Assembly (NCBI RefSeq): GCF_013149785.1 | Contig: NZ_JABEZU010000002.1 | Coordinates: forward strand, 434,001 to 498,000 | Length of the DNA stretch: 64,000 nt | Reading direction: 5' to 3' | Source: Isoptericola halotolerans | GTDB taxonomy: Bacteria > Actinomycetota > Actinomycetes > Actinomycetales > Cellulomonadaceae | In this document: piece by piece, positions 46,636 to 56,286 of the stretch | Numbering within the stretch: position 1 is the first letter of the stretch | Layout: each line of letters begins with the position of its first letter | Made by a program: the position numbers and the translations under genes | Notes under the pieces: model-generated | Told to the model about the DNA's origin: nothing | Seen by the model: the letters and a program-made list of their open reading frames with translations, nothing else | Databases searched by the model: none

Positions 46636-47604
46636 TCAGACGTGCTTGCGCAGCCAGGCCAGGGTGGGGGCGAACCGGTAGTGCTGACCACCCTCGTGCC
46701 CGTTGTACGGGTAGACGTCGATCTGCTTCTCGGCCGCACCCCAGGCGTTGTAGGCGGCGTACACGGTCGAGGGCGGGCACACGGCGTCCATGAGGGCCAC
46801 CGAGAACAGCCCGGCGGCCTGCGCGCGCCGCGCGAAGGAGACCCCGTCGAGGTACGACAGCGTGCGCCACACGGCGTCCTCGTGCTCCCGGTGCACCGAC
46901 AGGTACTGGGTGATCTCCCCGTACGGGAACGCGTCGGTGATCTGCACGGCTCGCCGGAAGTGGCTGAGGAACGGCACGTTCGGCGCCGCGGCCGCGACGT
47001 CGGGCAGCAGGCCCGCCACGGCGATCGCGATACCGCCGCCCTGGCTTGTCCCGGCGACCGCGACGCGCCCCGGGTCGATCCCGTCGACCTGCCGCACGGC
47101 GTCGACGGCGCGCACCCCGTCGGTGAAGACCCGGCGGTAGTAGTGCTCGGCCGGGTCGACGATGCCGCGGGTCAGGAACCCGGGGGAGGCCGGGGCATGG
47201 CCCACCGGGTCCGGGGTGTCGCCGCCGGAGCCCCAGCCGGAGCCCTGCCCCCGAGTGTCCATGACGAGGTGGGCGAAGCCGGCGGCGGCGAGCCCGAGCT
47301 GCTCGTGGGGCAGGCCGCGGCCGCCGCCGTAGCCGACGAACTCCACGACGGCGGGCAGCGGGCCCTCGGCCCGCGCCGGTCGCACCAGCCACGCCTTGAC
47401 CGGGTGGCCGCCGAACCCGGGGAACGTCACGTCGTCGACGGTGATCTCCGTCAGGCCGGTGTCGACCCGCGCGACCTCGACGCCGTCCCCGTGCCCGCGG
47501 GCCTCCGCGATGGTGCCGGACCAGAACGCGTCGAAGTCGGCGGGCTCGTCGATCTCGGGGGCGTACTGCTCGAGCTCGGGCAGCGGAAGGTCGAACTGGG
47601 CCAT
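46636..47604 (-). CDS. acetylxylan esterase / cephalosporin-C deacetylase (CE7)
   Basis: 'DFDAFW', 'DTRGQG', 'GTSQGGG', 'D..CPPSTVYAAYN', 'GHEGG'. Confidence 0.92.
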   Translation of the reverse strand: MAQFDLPLPELEQYAPEIDEPADFDAFWSGTIAEARGHGDGVEVARVDTGLTEITVDDVTFPGFGGHPVKAWLVRPARAEGPLPAVVEFVGYGGGRGLPHEQLGLAAAGFAHLVMDTRGQGSGWGSGGDTPDPVGHAPASPGFLTRGIVDPAEHYYRRVFTDGVRAVDAVRQVDGIDPGRVAVAGTSQGGGIAIAVAGLLPDVAAAAPNVPFLSHFRRAVQITDAFPYGEITQYLSVHREHEDAVWRTLSYLDGVSFARRAQAAGLFSVALMDAVCPPSTVYAAYNAWGAAEKQIDVYPYNGHEGGQHYRFAPTLAWLRKHV

Positions 47605-47698
47605 CGGTGGTCCTCCGTACGTGGCGCGTCGGTGCTGCCCAGCACTCTATCGCCGCCGGTCAGGTCGCTGCGGGGACCGGTGGTGCGATGATCGCCGG

Positions 47699-48229
47699 GT
47701 GCCTGGAGATTTCGAGCTGACGGCCGACGAGCTGCGTGCCGTGGTCCACTTCGCGGCCGGCTCCGCGCAGCAGGTCCTGCCCCTGTTCGAGGAGGTCCGG
47801 CCCGACGACGGCCGCCCCCGTGAGGCGCTCGCCGCCGCACGAGCGTTCGTCGACGGGGCGCCGCGCAGCAGGCGGCAGCGGCTCAGCGCGACGGACGCGC
47901 ACCGGGCCGCCCGGGAGGCGCCGACCGAGGTCTCACGGCTGGCCGCGCAGGCTGCCGGCGACGCACCGGCCGCGGCCTACCTGCACCCGATCGCGAGGGC
48001 GCACCAGGTCGGGCACGTGCTGCGCGCCGCGGCGAACGCCGCCCGCATCGCCGAGATTCAGGCGGGAGAACGGCCCGCCGCCGCCGAGCGCGAGATCGCG
48101 CTCGCGTGCGCCCGGGCCGGAGGCGTCGTCGTCGACGTGCTGCGCCGGTACCCGCCGGCACCACCCGGCAGGAGCCGAGCCGCACGACTCCTGGCCGAGC
48201 TGGACGGCGCTCTGCGGTCGTCCGGGTGA
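47699..48229 (+). CDS. hypothetical helical protein (Imm5-like)
   Basis: 'VLPLFE..RP.D.RPREAL.AARAF', 'AA.AAG.A.AAAYLHP'. Confidence 0.7.
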   Translation: MPGDFELTADELRAVVHFAAGSAQQVLPLFEEVRPDDGRPREALAAARAFVDGAPRSRRQRLSATDAHRAAREAPTEVSRLAAQAAGDAPAAAYLHPIARAHQVGHVLRAAANAARIAEIQAGERPAAAEREIALACARAGGVVVDVLRRYPPAPPGRSRAARLLAELDGALRSSG

Positions 48230-48242
48230 CTACCCTTCTGGG

Positions 48243-50105
48243 GTGGCTCATCTTCTCGGTGCTGACGGCATCTCCCTGACCATCGGCACCCGCACCCTGC
48301 TCGACGGCGTCTCCCTCGGCCTCGACGACGGCGACCGCATCGGCGTCGTCGGCCCCAACGGTGCGGGCAAGTCCACCCTGCTGCGCCTGCTGGCCGGGAC
48401 CGCGGCGCCCGACGGCGGTCGGGTCACCCGGGTGGGCGGCTCCCGGCTCGGGATGCTCGACCAGCGCGACGAGGCCCGCCCCGGCGCCACGGTGCTGGAC
48501 CTGGTCCACGGTGACGACGCCACCCACCAGTGGGCCTCGGACGCCCGCATCCGTACCGTCCACGCCGGGCTGCTCGCCGACCTCGACCTCGACCAGCCGG
48601 TCTCGACGCTCTCCGGCGGGCAGCGGCGTCGAGCGGCGCTCGCCGCCCTGCTGGTGACCGACCCCGACGTCATGCTCCTCGACGAGCCGACCAACCACCT
48701 CGACGTCGAGGGGGTCGCGTGGCTGGCCGAGCACCTGGCGAACCGGTACGGGACGGCCGGGCGTCCCTCCGGTGGGCAGGGTGCGCTCGTCGTGGTCACC
48801 CACGACCGGTGGTTCCTGGACGCCGTCTGCTCGCGCATGTGGGAGGTGCGCGGAGACGGCACGGGCGCCGTCGACGGCTACGAGGGCGGGTACGCCGCCT
48901 ACATCCTGGCGCGCGCCGAGCGCTCCCGGCAGGCGGCGACCGCCGCGGAGAAGCGCAACAACCTGCTGCGCAAGGAGCTCGCCTGGCTCAAGCGTGGTGC
49001 ACCCGCCCGCACCTCCAAGCCGAAGTTCCGGCTCGACGCCGCGGCCGCGCTCATCGACGACGAGCCGCCGCCGCGCGACACCCTCGAGCTCACCCAGATG
49101 GCCACCAAGCGGCTCGGCAAGGACGTGCTCGACCTCGAGGACGTCACCGTCTCCGTCCCGCAGCCCGACGGCGGCCGGCGGACGCTGCTCGACGACGTCA
49201 CGTGGCGCCTCGGGCCCGGCGACCGCTACGGGCTGGTCGGTGTCAACGGTGCGGGCAAGACGACGGTGCTCGCGCTGCTCGCCGGGCGTCGAGAACCGGA
49301 CGGCGGGCGCGTGCGACGTGGCAAGACCGTCGAGGTCGCCGAGCTCACCCAGGAGGTCACCGAGCTCGACGAGGTCGGTCATCTCACGGCCGTGCAGGTG
49401 GTCGACTCCGAGAAGCGCACCGTCGTGGTGGACGGCAAGGAGATGACGGCCGGGCAGCTCACCGAGCGGCTCGGGTTCACCCGCGAGCGGGCCCACACGC
49501 CCGTGCGCGACCTGTCCGGTGGGGAGCGGCGCCGTCTGCAGCTGCTCCGCCTGCTGGTCTCCGAGCCCAACGTGCTGCTGCTGGACGAGCCCACCAACGA
49601 CCTCGACACCGACACCCTGGCCGCGGTGGAGGACCTGCTCGACGGCTGGCCGGGCACGCTCATCGTGGTCTCGCACGACCGGTACCTGCTGGAGCGGGTG
49701 TGCGACCGGCAGTGGGCGCTGCTCGGGGACGGCACGCTCCGGGACCTGCCGGGTGGCGTGGAGCAGTACTTGTCCCTACGCCGCGCTGCGGCGTCGGGCG
49801 CGGCGGGGTCGAGCGGGTCAGGACTACCGCGCGGCGGCGAGTCGGCGTCGGGACCCGGGGCGGGCAGCACCGCCGGGCCGAAGGCGTCGGCGGCGGACCA
49901 GCGGGCCGCGAAGAAGGCCGTGCAGCGCCTCGAGAAGCGGCTGACCCGGCTGGCGGCGGAGGAGGCGAGGCTGCACGAGCAGATGGCGGCCGACCCGACG
50001 GACTTCGAGGCGACGGCGAAGCTCGACGCGCGGCTGCGGGAGCTGCTCGCCGAGAAGGACGAGGTCGAGACGGAGTGGCTGGAGGCCGCCGAGCTCGCCG
50101 AGTAG
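48243..50105 (+). CDS. ABC-F family ATPase (Uup-like)
   Basis: Two ABC cassettes (GPNGAGKST/LSGG/DEPTNHLD and GVNGAGKTT/LSGGE/DEPTNDLD), no TMs, C-terminal coiled coil. Confidence 0.95.
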   Translation: MAHLLGADGISLTIGTRTLLDGVSLGLDDGDRIGVVGPNGAGKSTLLRLLAGTAAPDGGRVTRVGGSRLGMLDQRDEARPGATVLDLVHGDDATHQWASDARIRTVHAGLLADLDLDQPVSTLSGGQRRRAALAALLVTDPDVMLLDEPTNHLDVEGVAWLAEHLANRYGTAGRPSGGQGALVVVTHDRWFLDAVCSRMWEVRGDGTGAVDGYEGGYAAYILARAERSRQAATAAEKRNNLLRKELAWLKRGAPARTSKPKFRLDAAAALIDDEPPPRDTLELTQMATKRLGKDVLDLEDVTVSVPQPDGGRRTLLDDVTWRLGPGDRYGLVGVNGAGKTTVLALLAGRREPDGGRVRRGKTVEVAELTQEVTELDEVGHLTAVQVVDSEKRTVVVDGKEMTAGQLTERLGFTRERAHTPVRDLSGGERRRLQLLRLLVSEPNVLLLDEPTNDLDTDTLAAVEDLLDGWPGTLIVVSHDRYLLERVCDRQWALLGDGTLRDLPGGVEQYLSLRRAAASGAAGSSGSGLPRGGESASGPGAGSTAGPKASAADQRAAKKAVQRLEKRLTRLAAEEARLHEQMAADPTDFEATAKLDARLRELLAEKDEVETEWLEAAELAE

Positions 50106-50109
50106 CGGC

Positions 50110-50137
50110 GGGCGACGGCGCCTGGGCGCCGTCGCCC
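50110..50137. terminator. bidirectional hairpin between convergent genes
   Basis: gggcgacggcgc / gcgccgtcgccc. Confidence 0.65.
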
Positions 50138-50142
50138 CCCGA

Positions 50143-51075
50143 TCACGGCACGGTGTAGCCCGCCGCGCGGAACAGCTCGTACCACTCGGCACGGGTCAGC
50201 GGGACGTCCGAGCCCTGGGCCGCACCGGCGACGCGCTCCGGCGTCGTCGTGCCGAGCACCACCTGCATGCCGGCAGGGTGGCGCGTGATCCAGGCCGTCG
50301 CGATCGCGATGGCAGGCACGTCGTACGTCGCGGCCAGCCGGTCGATGACGGCGTTCAGCTCCGGGTAGCCCTCGTGGCCGAGGAACACGCCGGTGAAGAA
50401 CCCTGCCTGGAACGGCGACCAGGCCTGCACGGTGATGTCGTGCAGGCGGCAGTAGTCGAGGATCCCGCCGTCGCGCGCCGTCGACTGGTCCAGGCCCGCC
50501 ATGTTGGCCGCCACGCCCTGCGCGACCATCGGCGCGTGCGTGATCGACAGCTGGAGCTGGTTCGCCACGAGCGGCTGACGCACCGACCTCCTCAGCAGCT
50601 CGATCTGGCCCGGCGTGTGGTTGGAGACACCGAAGGCGCGGACCTTGCCGGTCGACTCCAGGTGGTCGAACGCCCGGGCCACCTCGTCGGGCTCCACCAG
50701 CGCGTCGGGACGGTGCAGCAGCAGCACGTCCAGGTAGTCGGTGTCGAGCGCCCGCAGCGACCCCTCGACCGACTCCACCAGGTGGTCGTACGAGTAGTCG
50801 AAGTACGGGCCGTCCGGCACGATCCCGGCCTTCGACTGGATGGTCAGCTCCGCGCGCTGCGAGGGCGTGAGCTGCATGGCCTCGGCGAACCGGCGCTCGC
50901 AGCCGTGCAGCTCGTCGCCGTACACGTCGGCGTGGTCGATGAAGTCGACGCCGGCGTCGCGGGCGGTGCGCACGAGCCGGCGGACGGCGTCGTCGTCCAT
51001 CTGCGCGATACGCATCAGGCCGAGGACGACGTTGGGGACCTGACGTCCCGTGGGGCCCAGGGGGACGGTCTTCAT
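50143..51075 (-). CDS. aldo/keto reductase
   Basis: 'DHADVYG', 'SKAG', 'LLLHRPD', 'GVSN', 'QAWSP'. Confidence 0.93.
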   Translation of the reverse strand: MKTVPLGPTGRQVPNVVLGLMRIAQMDDDAVRRLVRTARDAGVDFIDHADVYGDELHGCERRFAEAMQLTPSQRAELTIQSKAGIVPDGPYFDYSYDHLVESVEGSLRALDTDYLDVLLLHRPDALVEPDEVARAFDHLESTGKVRAFGVSNHTPGQIELLRRSVRQPLVANQLQLSITHAPMVAQGVAANMAGLDQSTARDGGILDYCRLHDITVQAWSPFQAGFFTGVFLGHEGYPELNAVIDRLAATYDVPAIAIATAWITRHPAGMQVVLGTTTPERVAGAAQGSDVPLTRAEWYELFRAAGYTVP

Positions 51076-51101
51076 GGTGATCCTCCTCGATCGGTCGGTG
51101 G

Positions 51102-51962
51102 TCAGGAGGCCGAGAGCTCGGCGAGCTCGTCGGCGGTGAGCTCGAGCTCGACCGCGCGGGCCGAGTCCTCGATGCTCGCGGGACGCGACGCGCCCGGGAT
51201 GGGGACGACGACGGGCGCGAGCGCGAGCTCCCAGGCGAGCGTGACCTGGTGGGGGCTCACGCCGTGGCGCTCGGCGACGCGGCCGAACACGGCGTGCGTC
51301 GATCCCAGCTCGGCAGCCTGGGTGATGCCGCCGAGCGGGGACCAGGGCAGGAACGCGACACCGATCTCGGCGCAGTGCTGCAGCTCGTCGAGGCTGGAGC
51401 GGAACCTGGGGGAGAACTGGTTCTGCACCGAGGCGAGCCGCCCGCCGAGGACCTGGCGGGCCTCGTCGATCTGGTCGACGGTCGCGTTGGAGATGCCGGC
51501 CTGCTGGATGACGCCCTCGTCGAGCAGCTCGGCCAGGGCGCCGACCGACTCCGCGTAGGGCACCGACGGGTCGGGTCGGTGGAACTGGTAGAGGCCGATC
51601 GCCTCGACCCCGAGGCGTTGCGCGGAGGCCTTCGCGGCCTGCTTGAGGTGCTCGGGGCGGCCGTCCTGGGTCCAGGTGCCGTCGCCGGGGCGGAGGTGAC
51701 CGCCCTTCGTCGCGACCAGCACCTCGGAGGCGTCGCCGCCCCAGGCGCGCAGCGCGCGGCCGATGAGCTCCTCGTTGTGGCCGACCTCCCCGGCGTCGCG
51801 GTGGTAGGCGTCGGCCGTGTCGATGAGGGTCACGCCCGCGTCCAGCGCGGCGTGGACGGTGGCGACGGCGCGGTCGAGGTCGGGGCGGCCCTCGATGGAC
51901 AGGGGCATGCCGCCCAGGCCGATCGCGCTGACAGACCGGCTTCCGATGATGCGAGCTTCCAC
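51102..51962 (-). CDS. aldo/keto reductase
   Basis: 'IGLGGM', 'IDTADAY', 'ATKGG', 'LYQFHRPD', 'PIPGAS'; AGGAGA RBS. Confidence 0.92.
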   Translation of the reverse strand: MEARIIGSRSVSAIGLGGMPLSIEGRPDLDRAVATVHAALDAGVTLIDTADAYHRDAGEVGHNEELIGRALRAWGGDASEVLVATKGGHLRPGDGTWTQDGRPEHLKQAAKASAQRLGVEAIGLYQFHRPDPSVPYAESVGALAELLDEGVIQQAGISNATVDQIDEARQVLGGRLASVQNQFSPRFRSSLDELQHCAEIGVAFLPWSPLGGITQAAELGSTHAVFGRVAERHGVSPHQVTLAWELALAPVVVPIPGASRPASIEDSARAVELELTADELAELSAS

Positions 51963-52058
51963 GGTTCTCCTTGTCTCGACGGTGCCTCCGACGATAGGAA
52001 GGGAACGGTCATGAGTCCAACAACTTGAACTCATCGGATTCAGCAACGGGAGTGATCT

Positions 52059-52955
52059 ATGGAGCTGCGGCAGATGGAGTACCTGGTGGCGGTGGCGGAG
52101 GAGGGCCACTTCACCCGGGCGGCGGCACTGTGCGGGGTGACCCAGTCGGGGTTGTCCGCCGCCGTCCGCAGCCTGGAGAAGGAGCTCGGTGCGTCGCTGT
52201 TCGCCCGCACCACCCGGCGGGTCGCGCTCACCGACGCCGGCCGGGCGCTGCTGCCCTTCGCTCGTCGGATGCTCGCCCAAGCGTCCGCAGGCCGTGACGC
52301 CGTCGCGCGGGCGAGTCAGCACCTGTCCGGCCAGCTACGTCTCGGCGCGGAGCAGTGCCTCGGGGTCGTCGACGTCGGGCCGCTGCTGGAGAGGTTCCGG
52401 CTGCGCTACCCGTTGGTCGACGTCCAGTTCACGCAGGCAGGCTCCGCCGAGCTCGCCACCCAGGTGCGCGCCGGTGACCTCGACGTCGCGTTCCTCGCCA
52501 CGACCCAGCACCTCGGGTCGTTGCGCCGCCTCGAGCTCGGGAGGCGACCCGTCGTCGGGCTCGTGCATCCCACCGACGACCTCGCGAGCTCCGGCCAGGC
52601 CACCTGGGAGGGTCTCGCCGCGCGTGACTTCGTCGACTTCCGGGAGGCGTGGGCGATCCGACAGCTCGTGGACACGGCGTTCACCGACCGGCACCTCGAC
52701 CGACGCGTCCGGATGAGCGTCGACGACGTCCACACCCTGCTCGACTTCGTCCAACGCGGACTGGGTGTCGCGGTCGTACCGCAGCACGTGGCGGCGAAGC
52801 CGCAGGCGGCCGGTCTCGCCGTTCTCGAGCTGCCCGCCGAGAACGCCCCCGAGTGGGTGGTCTCAGCCGTCTCGGCGCCGACGGCAGAACCAGCCGCCGT
52901 GCGCCTGCTGGAGCTGCTCGCCGAGGCCAACCTCGCCGTCGCGCAGCCGGCGTGA
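52059..52955 (+). CDS. LysR-family regulator
   Basis: MELRQ..Y.VAVAEEGHFTRAA...TQS.LS...LE.ELG..LF.RTTRRV.LT. Confidence 0.95.
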   Translation: MELRQMEYLVAVAEEGHFTRAAALCGVTQSGLSAAVRSLEKELGASLFARTTRRVALTDAGRALLPFARRMLAQASAGRDAVARASQHLSGQLRLGAEQCLGVVDVGPLLERFRLRYPLVDVQFTQAGSAELATQVRAGDLDVAFLATTQHLGSLRRLELGRRPVVGLVHPTDDLASSGQATWEGLAARDFVDFREAWAIRQLVDTAFTDRHLDRRVRMSVDDVHTLLDFVQRGLGVAVVPQHVAAKPQAAGLAVLELPAENAPEWVVSAVSAPTAEPAAVRLLELLAEANLAVAQPA

Positions 52956-52959
52956 CGGC

Positions 52960-54207
52960 TCAGCCCCGGGGGAGGGTCGGGCGGGTGGGCCCCGCGGCAA
53001 CCCACAGGGCCACCGACATCGCGACCAGCAGCGCGACGACCACCAGCAGCGGAGCCGTCCACCCTCCGGTCGACTCGTGCACGGCGCCGAGCACCGTCGG
53101 CACGGTGGCCCCGCAGGCGTACCCGCCGGTCTGCACCATCGCCGAGGTGCGGCGTGCGCCGGCCACCGACGGTGACCGCCGCGCGATCAGCGTGAAGATC
53201 ACCGTGAAGATGCCGCCCTGGGCCGCCCCGGCCAGGCAGACACCGACCCACCATGCCTGCGGGGTGAGCAGCAGGACCGCCGGGAGAGTGAGCCACAGGA
53301 GACACAGCCCGGTCGCGACCGTGCGCTCGGACAACCGCCCGGCGAGCCCCAGCGGCACCAGGAACGCCCCGGCGACCGCCGCGAGCTGGAAAGGCGCGGC
53401 AGCGCCACCGGCCGCCGCGGCGTCGAGACCCAAGCGGTCGGCGAGGATCGTCGGCAGCCAGGTCGACATCCCGTAGTAGCCCGAGGTGTGCCCGGCGAAC
53501 GCGATCAGGAGGAGCAGGGCCAGACGGCGCTGCGACGTAGCCAGGCCGCCGGCCCTGGACGGGTCGGTGCCCGACGGCGCCGCTCCCGCGTGGCGGCGCG
53601 CGAGCGAACGACCCGCGGGGACCCAGGCGACCAGCGCCACCACCGCCAGGACGCCCCAGCCGGCCAGCGCCCACTGCCAGCCGAACGCGACGGCCAGCGG
53701 CACGGTGCAGAGCGTGGTCAGCGTGGAACCGGCGTTCATCGTGGCGGTGTAGGCGCCCGTCACCCCGGCCGCCCGGCGCCGGAAGTCGCGGGTGATCACG
53801 ACGGGCACGGCCACGTTGCCGACGGTGATGCCCGCCCCGAGCACGGCCGTTCCGACCAGTGCGGCACCGACCGATCCGCTCGACCGCAGCAGGGTGCCGC
53901 CGAGGATCGCGAGCAGCCCGAGGGCGACCGCTCGCTCGGGGCCCCACCGCCCCACCAGGGCCGCGGCGGCCGGTGTGCACAGCGCGAAGGTCAGCACCGG
54001 GATCGAGGTGAGCAGACCGACGCCGGCGGAGGTCAGCCCCAGCCCGGCGGCGACGTCGCCGGCCACCGGGGCGAGCGCGGTCAGCGGGGCGCGCAGGTTG
54101 AGGGCGACGAGCAGCAGAGCGGCGAGCGCCAGCCCACCGGCACCCGCGGCGAGCGCCGCACCGGGCCGTGCGCCGTCGTCGTCCCCGTGGCCGTCGCTCG
54201 TGCTCAC
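52960..54207 (-). CDS. CynX-like MFS transporter
   Basis: 'LVALNLRAP', 'GLLTSIP', 'SAMVQ..GY'; overlaps the MarR stop. Confidence 0.88.
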   Translation of the reverse strand: MSTSDGHGDDDGARPGAALAAGAGGLALAALLLVALNLRAPLTALAPVAGDVAAGLGLTSAGVGLLTSIPVLTFALCTPAAAALVGRWGPERAVALGLLAILGGTLLRSSGSVGAALVGTAVLGAGITVGNVAVPVVITRDFRRRAAGVTGAYTATMNAGSTLTTLCTVPLAVAFGWQWALAGWGVLAVVALVAWVPAGRSLARRHAGAAPSGTDPSRAGGLATSQRRLALLLLIAFAGHTSGYYGMSTWLPTILADRLGLDAAAAGGAAAPFQLAAVAGAFLVPLGLAGRLSERTVATGLCLLWLTLPAVLLLTPQAWWVGVCLAGAAQGGIFTVIFTLIARRSPSVAGARRTSAMVQTGGYACGATVPTVLGAVHESTGGWTAPLLVVVALLVAMSVALWVAAGPTRPTLPRG

Positions 54208-54707
54208 TCGTCGAACTGTGCGCCGAGGGTGCGCAGCAGACCGGCGAGGCGCGGGCGCTCGGCGGTCGGCAGCGCGTCGAGCACGTGGGCCTCGACGTCG
54301 AGCAGGTCGCTCATCGCGGCGTCGACGCGAGCGCGTCCGGCGGACGTGAGCTGGACCAGCACGCCGCGGCGGTCGTCGGGGGAGCGGTGCCGCTCGACGA
54401 GGCCGCGCCGCTCGAGGCGGTCGATCCGGTTGGTCATGGTGCCGCTGGTGACGAGGGTCTGGGCGACGAGGGTGCCGGGGGAGAGGCGGTACGGGTCGCC
54501 CGCGCGGCGCAGGGCGGACAGGACGTCGAACTCCCAGGTCTCGAGGTCGTGCCCGGCGAAGGCCCCGCGGCGGGCACGGTCGAGGTGGCGTGCCAGGCGG
54601 CTGATGCGGGAGAAGACCGTCAGTGGCTCGACGTCCAGGTCAGGGCGCTCGCGCTGCCAGGCGTCGACGATCCGGTCGACCTCGTCCCCCCGCTGCGTGC
54701 TGTCCAT
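54204..54707 (-). CDS. MarR-family regulator, TamR/UrtR-like
   Basis: 'DEVD.IV.AW.RERPDLD', 'WEFDVLSALRRAG', 'SGTMTNRIDRL', 'DRRGVLV.LT'. Confidence 0.9.
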   Translation of the reverse strand: MDSTQRGDEVDRIVDAWQRERPDLDVEPLTVFSRISRLARHLDRARRGAFAGHDLETWEFDVLSALRRAGDPYRLSPGTLVAQTLVTSGTMTNRIDRLERRGLVERHRSPDDRRGVLVQLTSAGRARVDAAMSDLLDVEAHVLDALPTAERPRLAGLLRTLGAQFDE

Positions 54708-54726
54708 CCGCTCAGGGTAGCGCGAG

Positions 54727-54751
54727 TCTCTCGACGTCAAGAATCTTGACG
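54727..54751. promoter_or_regulatory. TamR-type operator
   Basis: Near-palindrome TCTCGACGTCAAGA (54729-54742) plus adjacent half-site ATCTTGACG, next to the -10 (TACCCT, minus strand) of the MarR gene. Confidence 0.65.
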
Positions 54752-54769
54752 CCCCGGGCCTCCCTCCCC

Positions 54770-54833
54770 CGCTGCGGGTGGACGACACGCCGCCATGACA
54801 GGTGATTCCACGGCGTGTCGTGCACCCGCAGCG
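54770..54833. repeat. 23-bp inverted repeat (REP-like)
   Basis: cgctgcgggtggacgacacgccg / cggcgtgtcgtgcacccgcagcg, one mismatch, 18-nt loop. Confidence 0.8.
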
Positions 54834-54882
54834 AGCAGGCCGGGCGGGGTCGGGTCAACGGCGGCGCCAGGCGCGGACGTCC

Positions 54883-55270
54883 TCACGCCACTGGGCCCAG
54901 CCGCGTCACGGTCTCCGGGCCGGAGCCGGTGCCGGGCCGCATGCGCGGGACCTGATCGCGCAGCCGGGTGATGCCCTTGACCTTGCGCGTCCGCCCCGCC
55001 AGGTCGGTCAGCTCCGCCACCGTGGTGAGCGGCCGTTGACGCCGCATCATCGCGTCACCGAGGACGACGACGTCGTCGGGCCGGCGCAGCCCGACCCCGA
55101 CGTGGACGAACGTCTGGGTCACCGTCGTACCGTGGCCGGTCCTGCTGCCTGACGGTGACCACGTGGAGGGCGTCGTCACCCTCCAGCGTCCAGGGGCGCT
55201 CGATGCCGAGCAGGTCGAGAGCCGTCGTGCGGGAGAAGGCCACCTCGTCGCCGAGGCACGGGGACACGCT
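54883..55270 (-). pseudogene. remnant of an actinobacterial AbiEi-like/DUF559-type gene
   Basis: Frame A 'AFSRTTALDLLG...LHVVT...RPR' switches to frame B 'DDVVVLGDAMM...KG...RPGTGSGPETVTRL' then stops; boundaries approximate. Confidence 0.55.
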
Positions 55271-55346
55271 GCCGGTGCGCGCGTGCGTCGGGGAGGGTCG
55301 ACGTCGTCCCTGTGGACAACCTCGCCGCACCCACGGCGGCCGGGGG

Positions 55347-55988
55347 TCAGCGCTTCGTCAGCTCCGGGCGGCGCTCCATGCCGGCCAGGCCGTTCCACGC
55401 CAGGTTCACCAGGTGCGCGGCCACCTCGGTCTTCTTCGGACGCTGGGCGTCCAGCCAATACTGACCGGTCAGGGCCACCATGCCCACCAGCATCTGCGCG
55501 TACAGGGGGGCGGCCTTCGGGTCGAGGCCGTTGCGCCTGAACTCGTCCGCCAGGATGTGCTCCACCTGCGTGGCGACGTCGCCGATCAGCGAGGAGAACG
55601 TGCCGGTCGCCTGGGCGACGGGGGAGTCGCGCACCAGGATGCGGAAGCCGTCCTCCGAGTCCTCGATGTAGCCCAGCAGCGCCAGCGCGGTGCGTTCGAC
55701 CATCACCTTCGGGTGGCCGCCCTCCTCCAGGGCGCCCGTCAGCACGGAGGTGAGCGCCTGCACCTCGCGGTCGACGATGACGGCGTAGATGCCCTCCTTG
55801 CCGCCGAAGTGCTCGTAGACCACCGGCTTGGACACCTCGGCGGTGGCCGCGATCTCCTCGACGCTGGTGCCCTCGAACCCCTTGCCCGCGAACAGGCCCC
55901 GGCTGACGGCCAGCAGCTGTTCACGGCGCTGGCTCGCCGTCATCCGGGCACGCGGGGCACGCTTGGACGCGCGGGAGTCGGCAGGCAT
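55347..55988 (-). CDS. TetR-family regulator
   Basis: '[11 protein letters not shown]...[31 protein letters not shown]'; conserved next to tRNA-Gln in actinomycetes. Confidence 0.93.
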   Translation of the reverse strand: MPADSRASKRAPRARMTASQRREQLLAVSRGLFAGKGFEGTSVEEIAATAEVSKPVVYEHFGGKEGIYAVIVDREVQALTSVLTGALEEGGHPKVMVERTALALLGYIEDSEDGFRILVRDSPVAQATGTFSSLIGDVATQVEHILADEFRRNGLDPKAAPLYAQMLVGMVALTGQYWLDAQRPKKTEVAAHLVNLAWNGLAGMERRPELTKR

Positions 55989-56182
55989 GGGTCCATCATG
56001 CCTGCTCCGTGCGCACTCCCTGTGGTCCGCGCCACGCCGGCCCTCCGTCCGGTTCGCCCGGATGTGCGCGGGGCACACCGGGCGACCTGGCAGACTGGGC
56101 CACGGACGCGTGACGGCGGTGTGCAGCAGGTGGGCAGCGCCGCGTGCTGCGGGGAGGATCCCGGGCCGCCGTGACGCACCGA

Positions 56183-56254
56183 TCCGCCTTGGTGTAATCG
56201 GCAGCACACGGGTTTTTGGTGCCCTTGGTCCAGGTTCGAGCCCTGGGGGCGGAG
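56183..56254 (+). tRNA. tRNA-Gln (anticodon TTG)
   Basis: TCCGCCT/GGGCGGA acceptor stem, anticodon loop TTTTGGT, GGTTCGAGCC T-arm; upstream of glmU. Confidence 0.93.
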
Positions 56255-56286
56255 CTCGCGCGACACCCGACAGAGACGGAGCACCG

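Noticed and set aside
55311..55319. DnaA box TTGTCCACA (minus strand)
   Set aside because: Single box with no cluster, unwinding element or dnaA; not an origin
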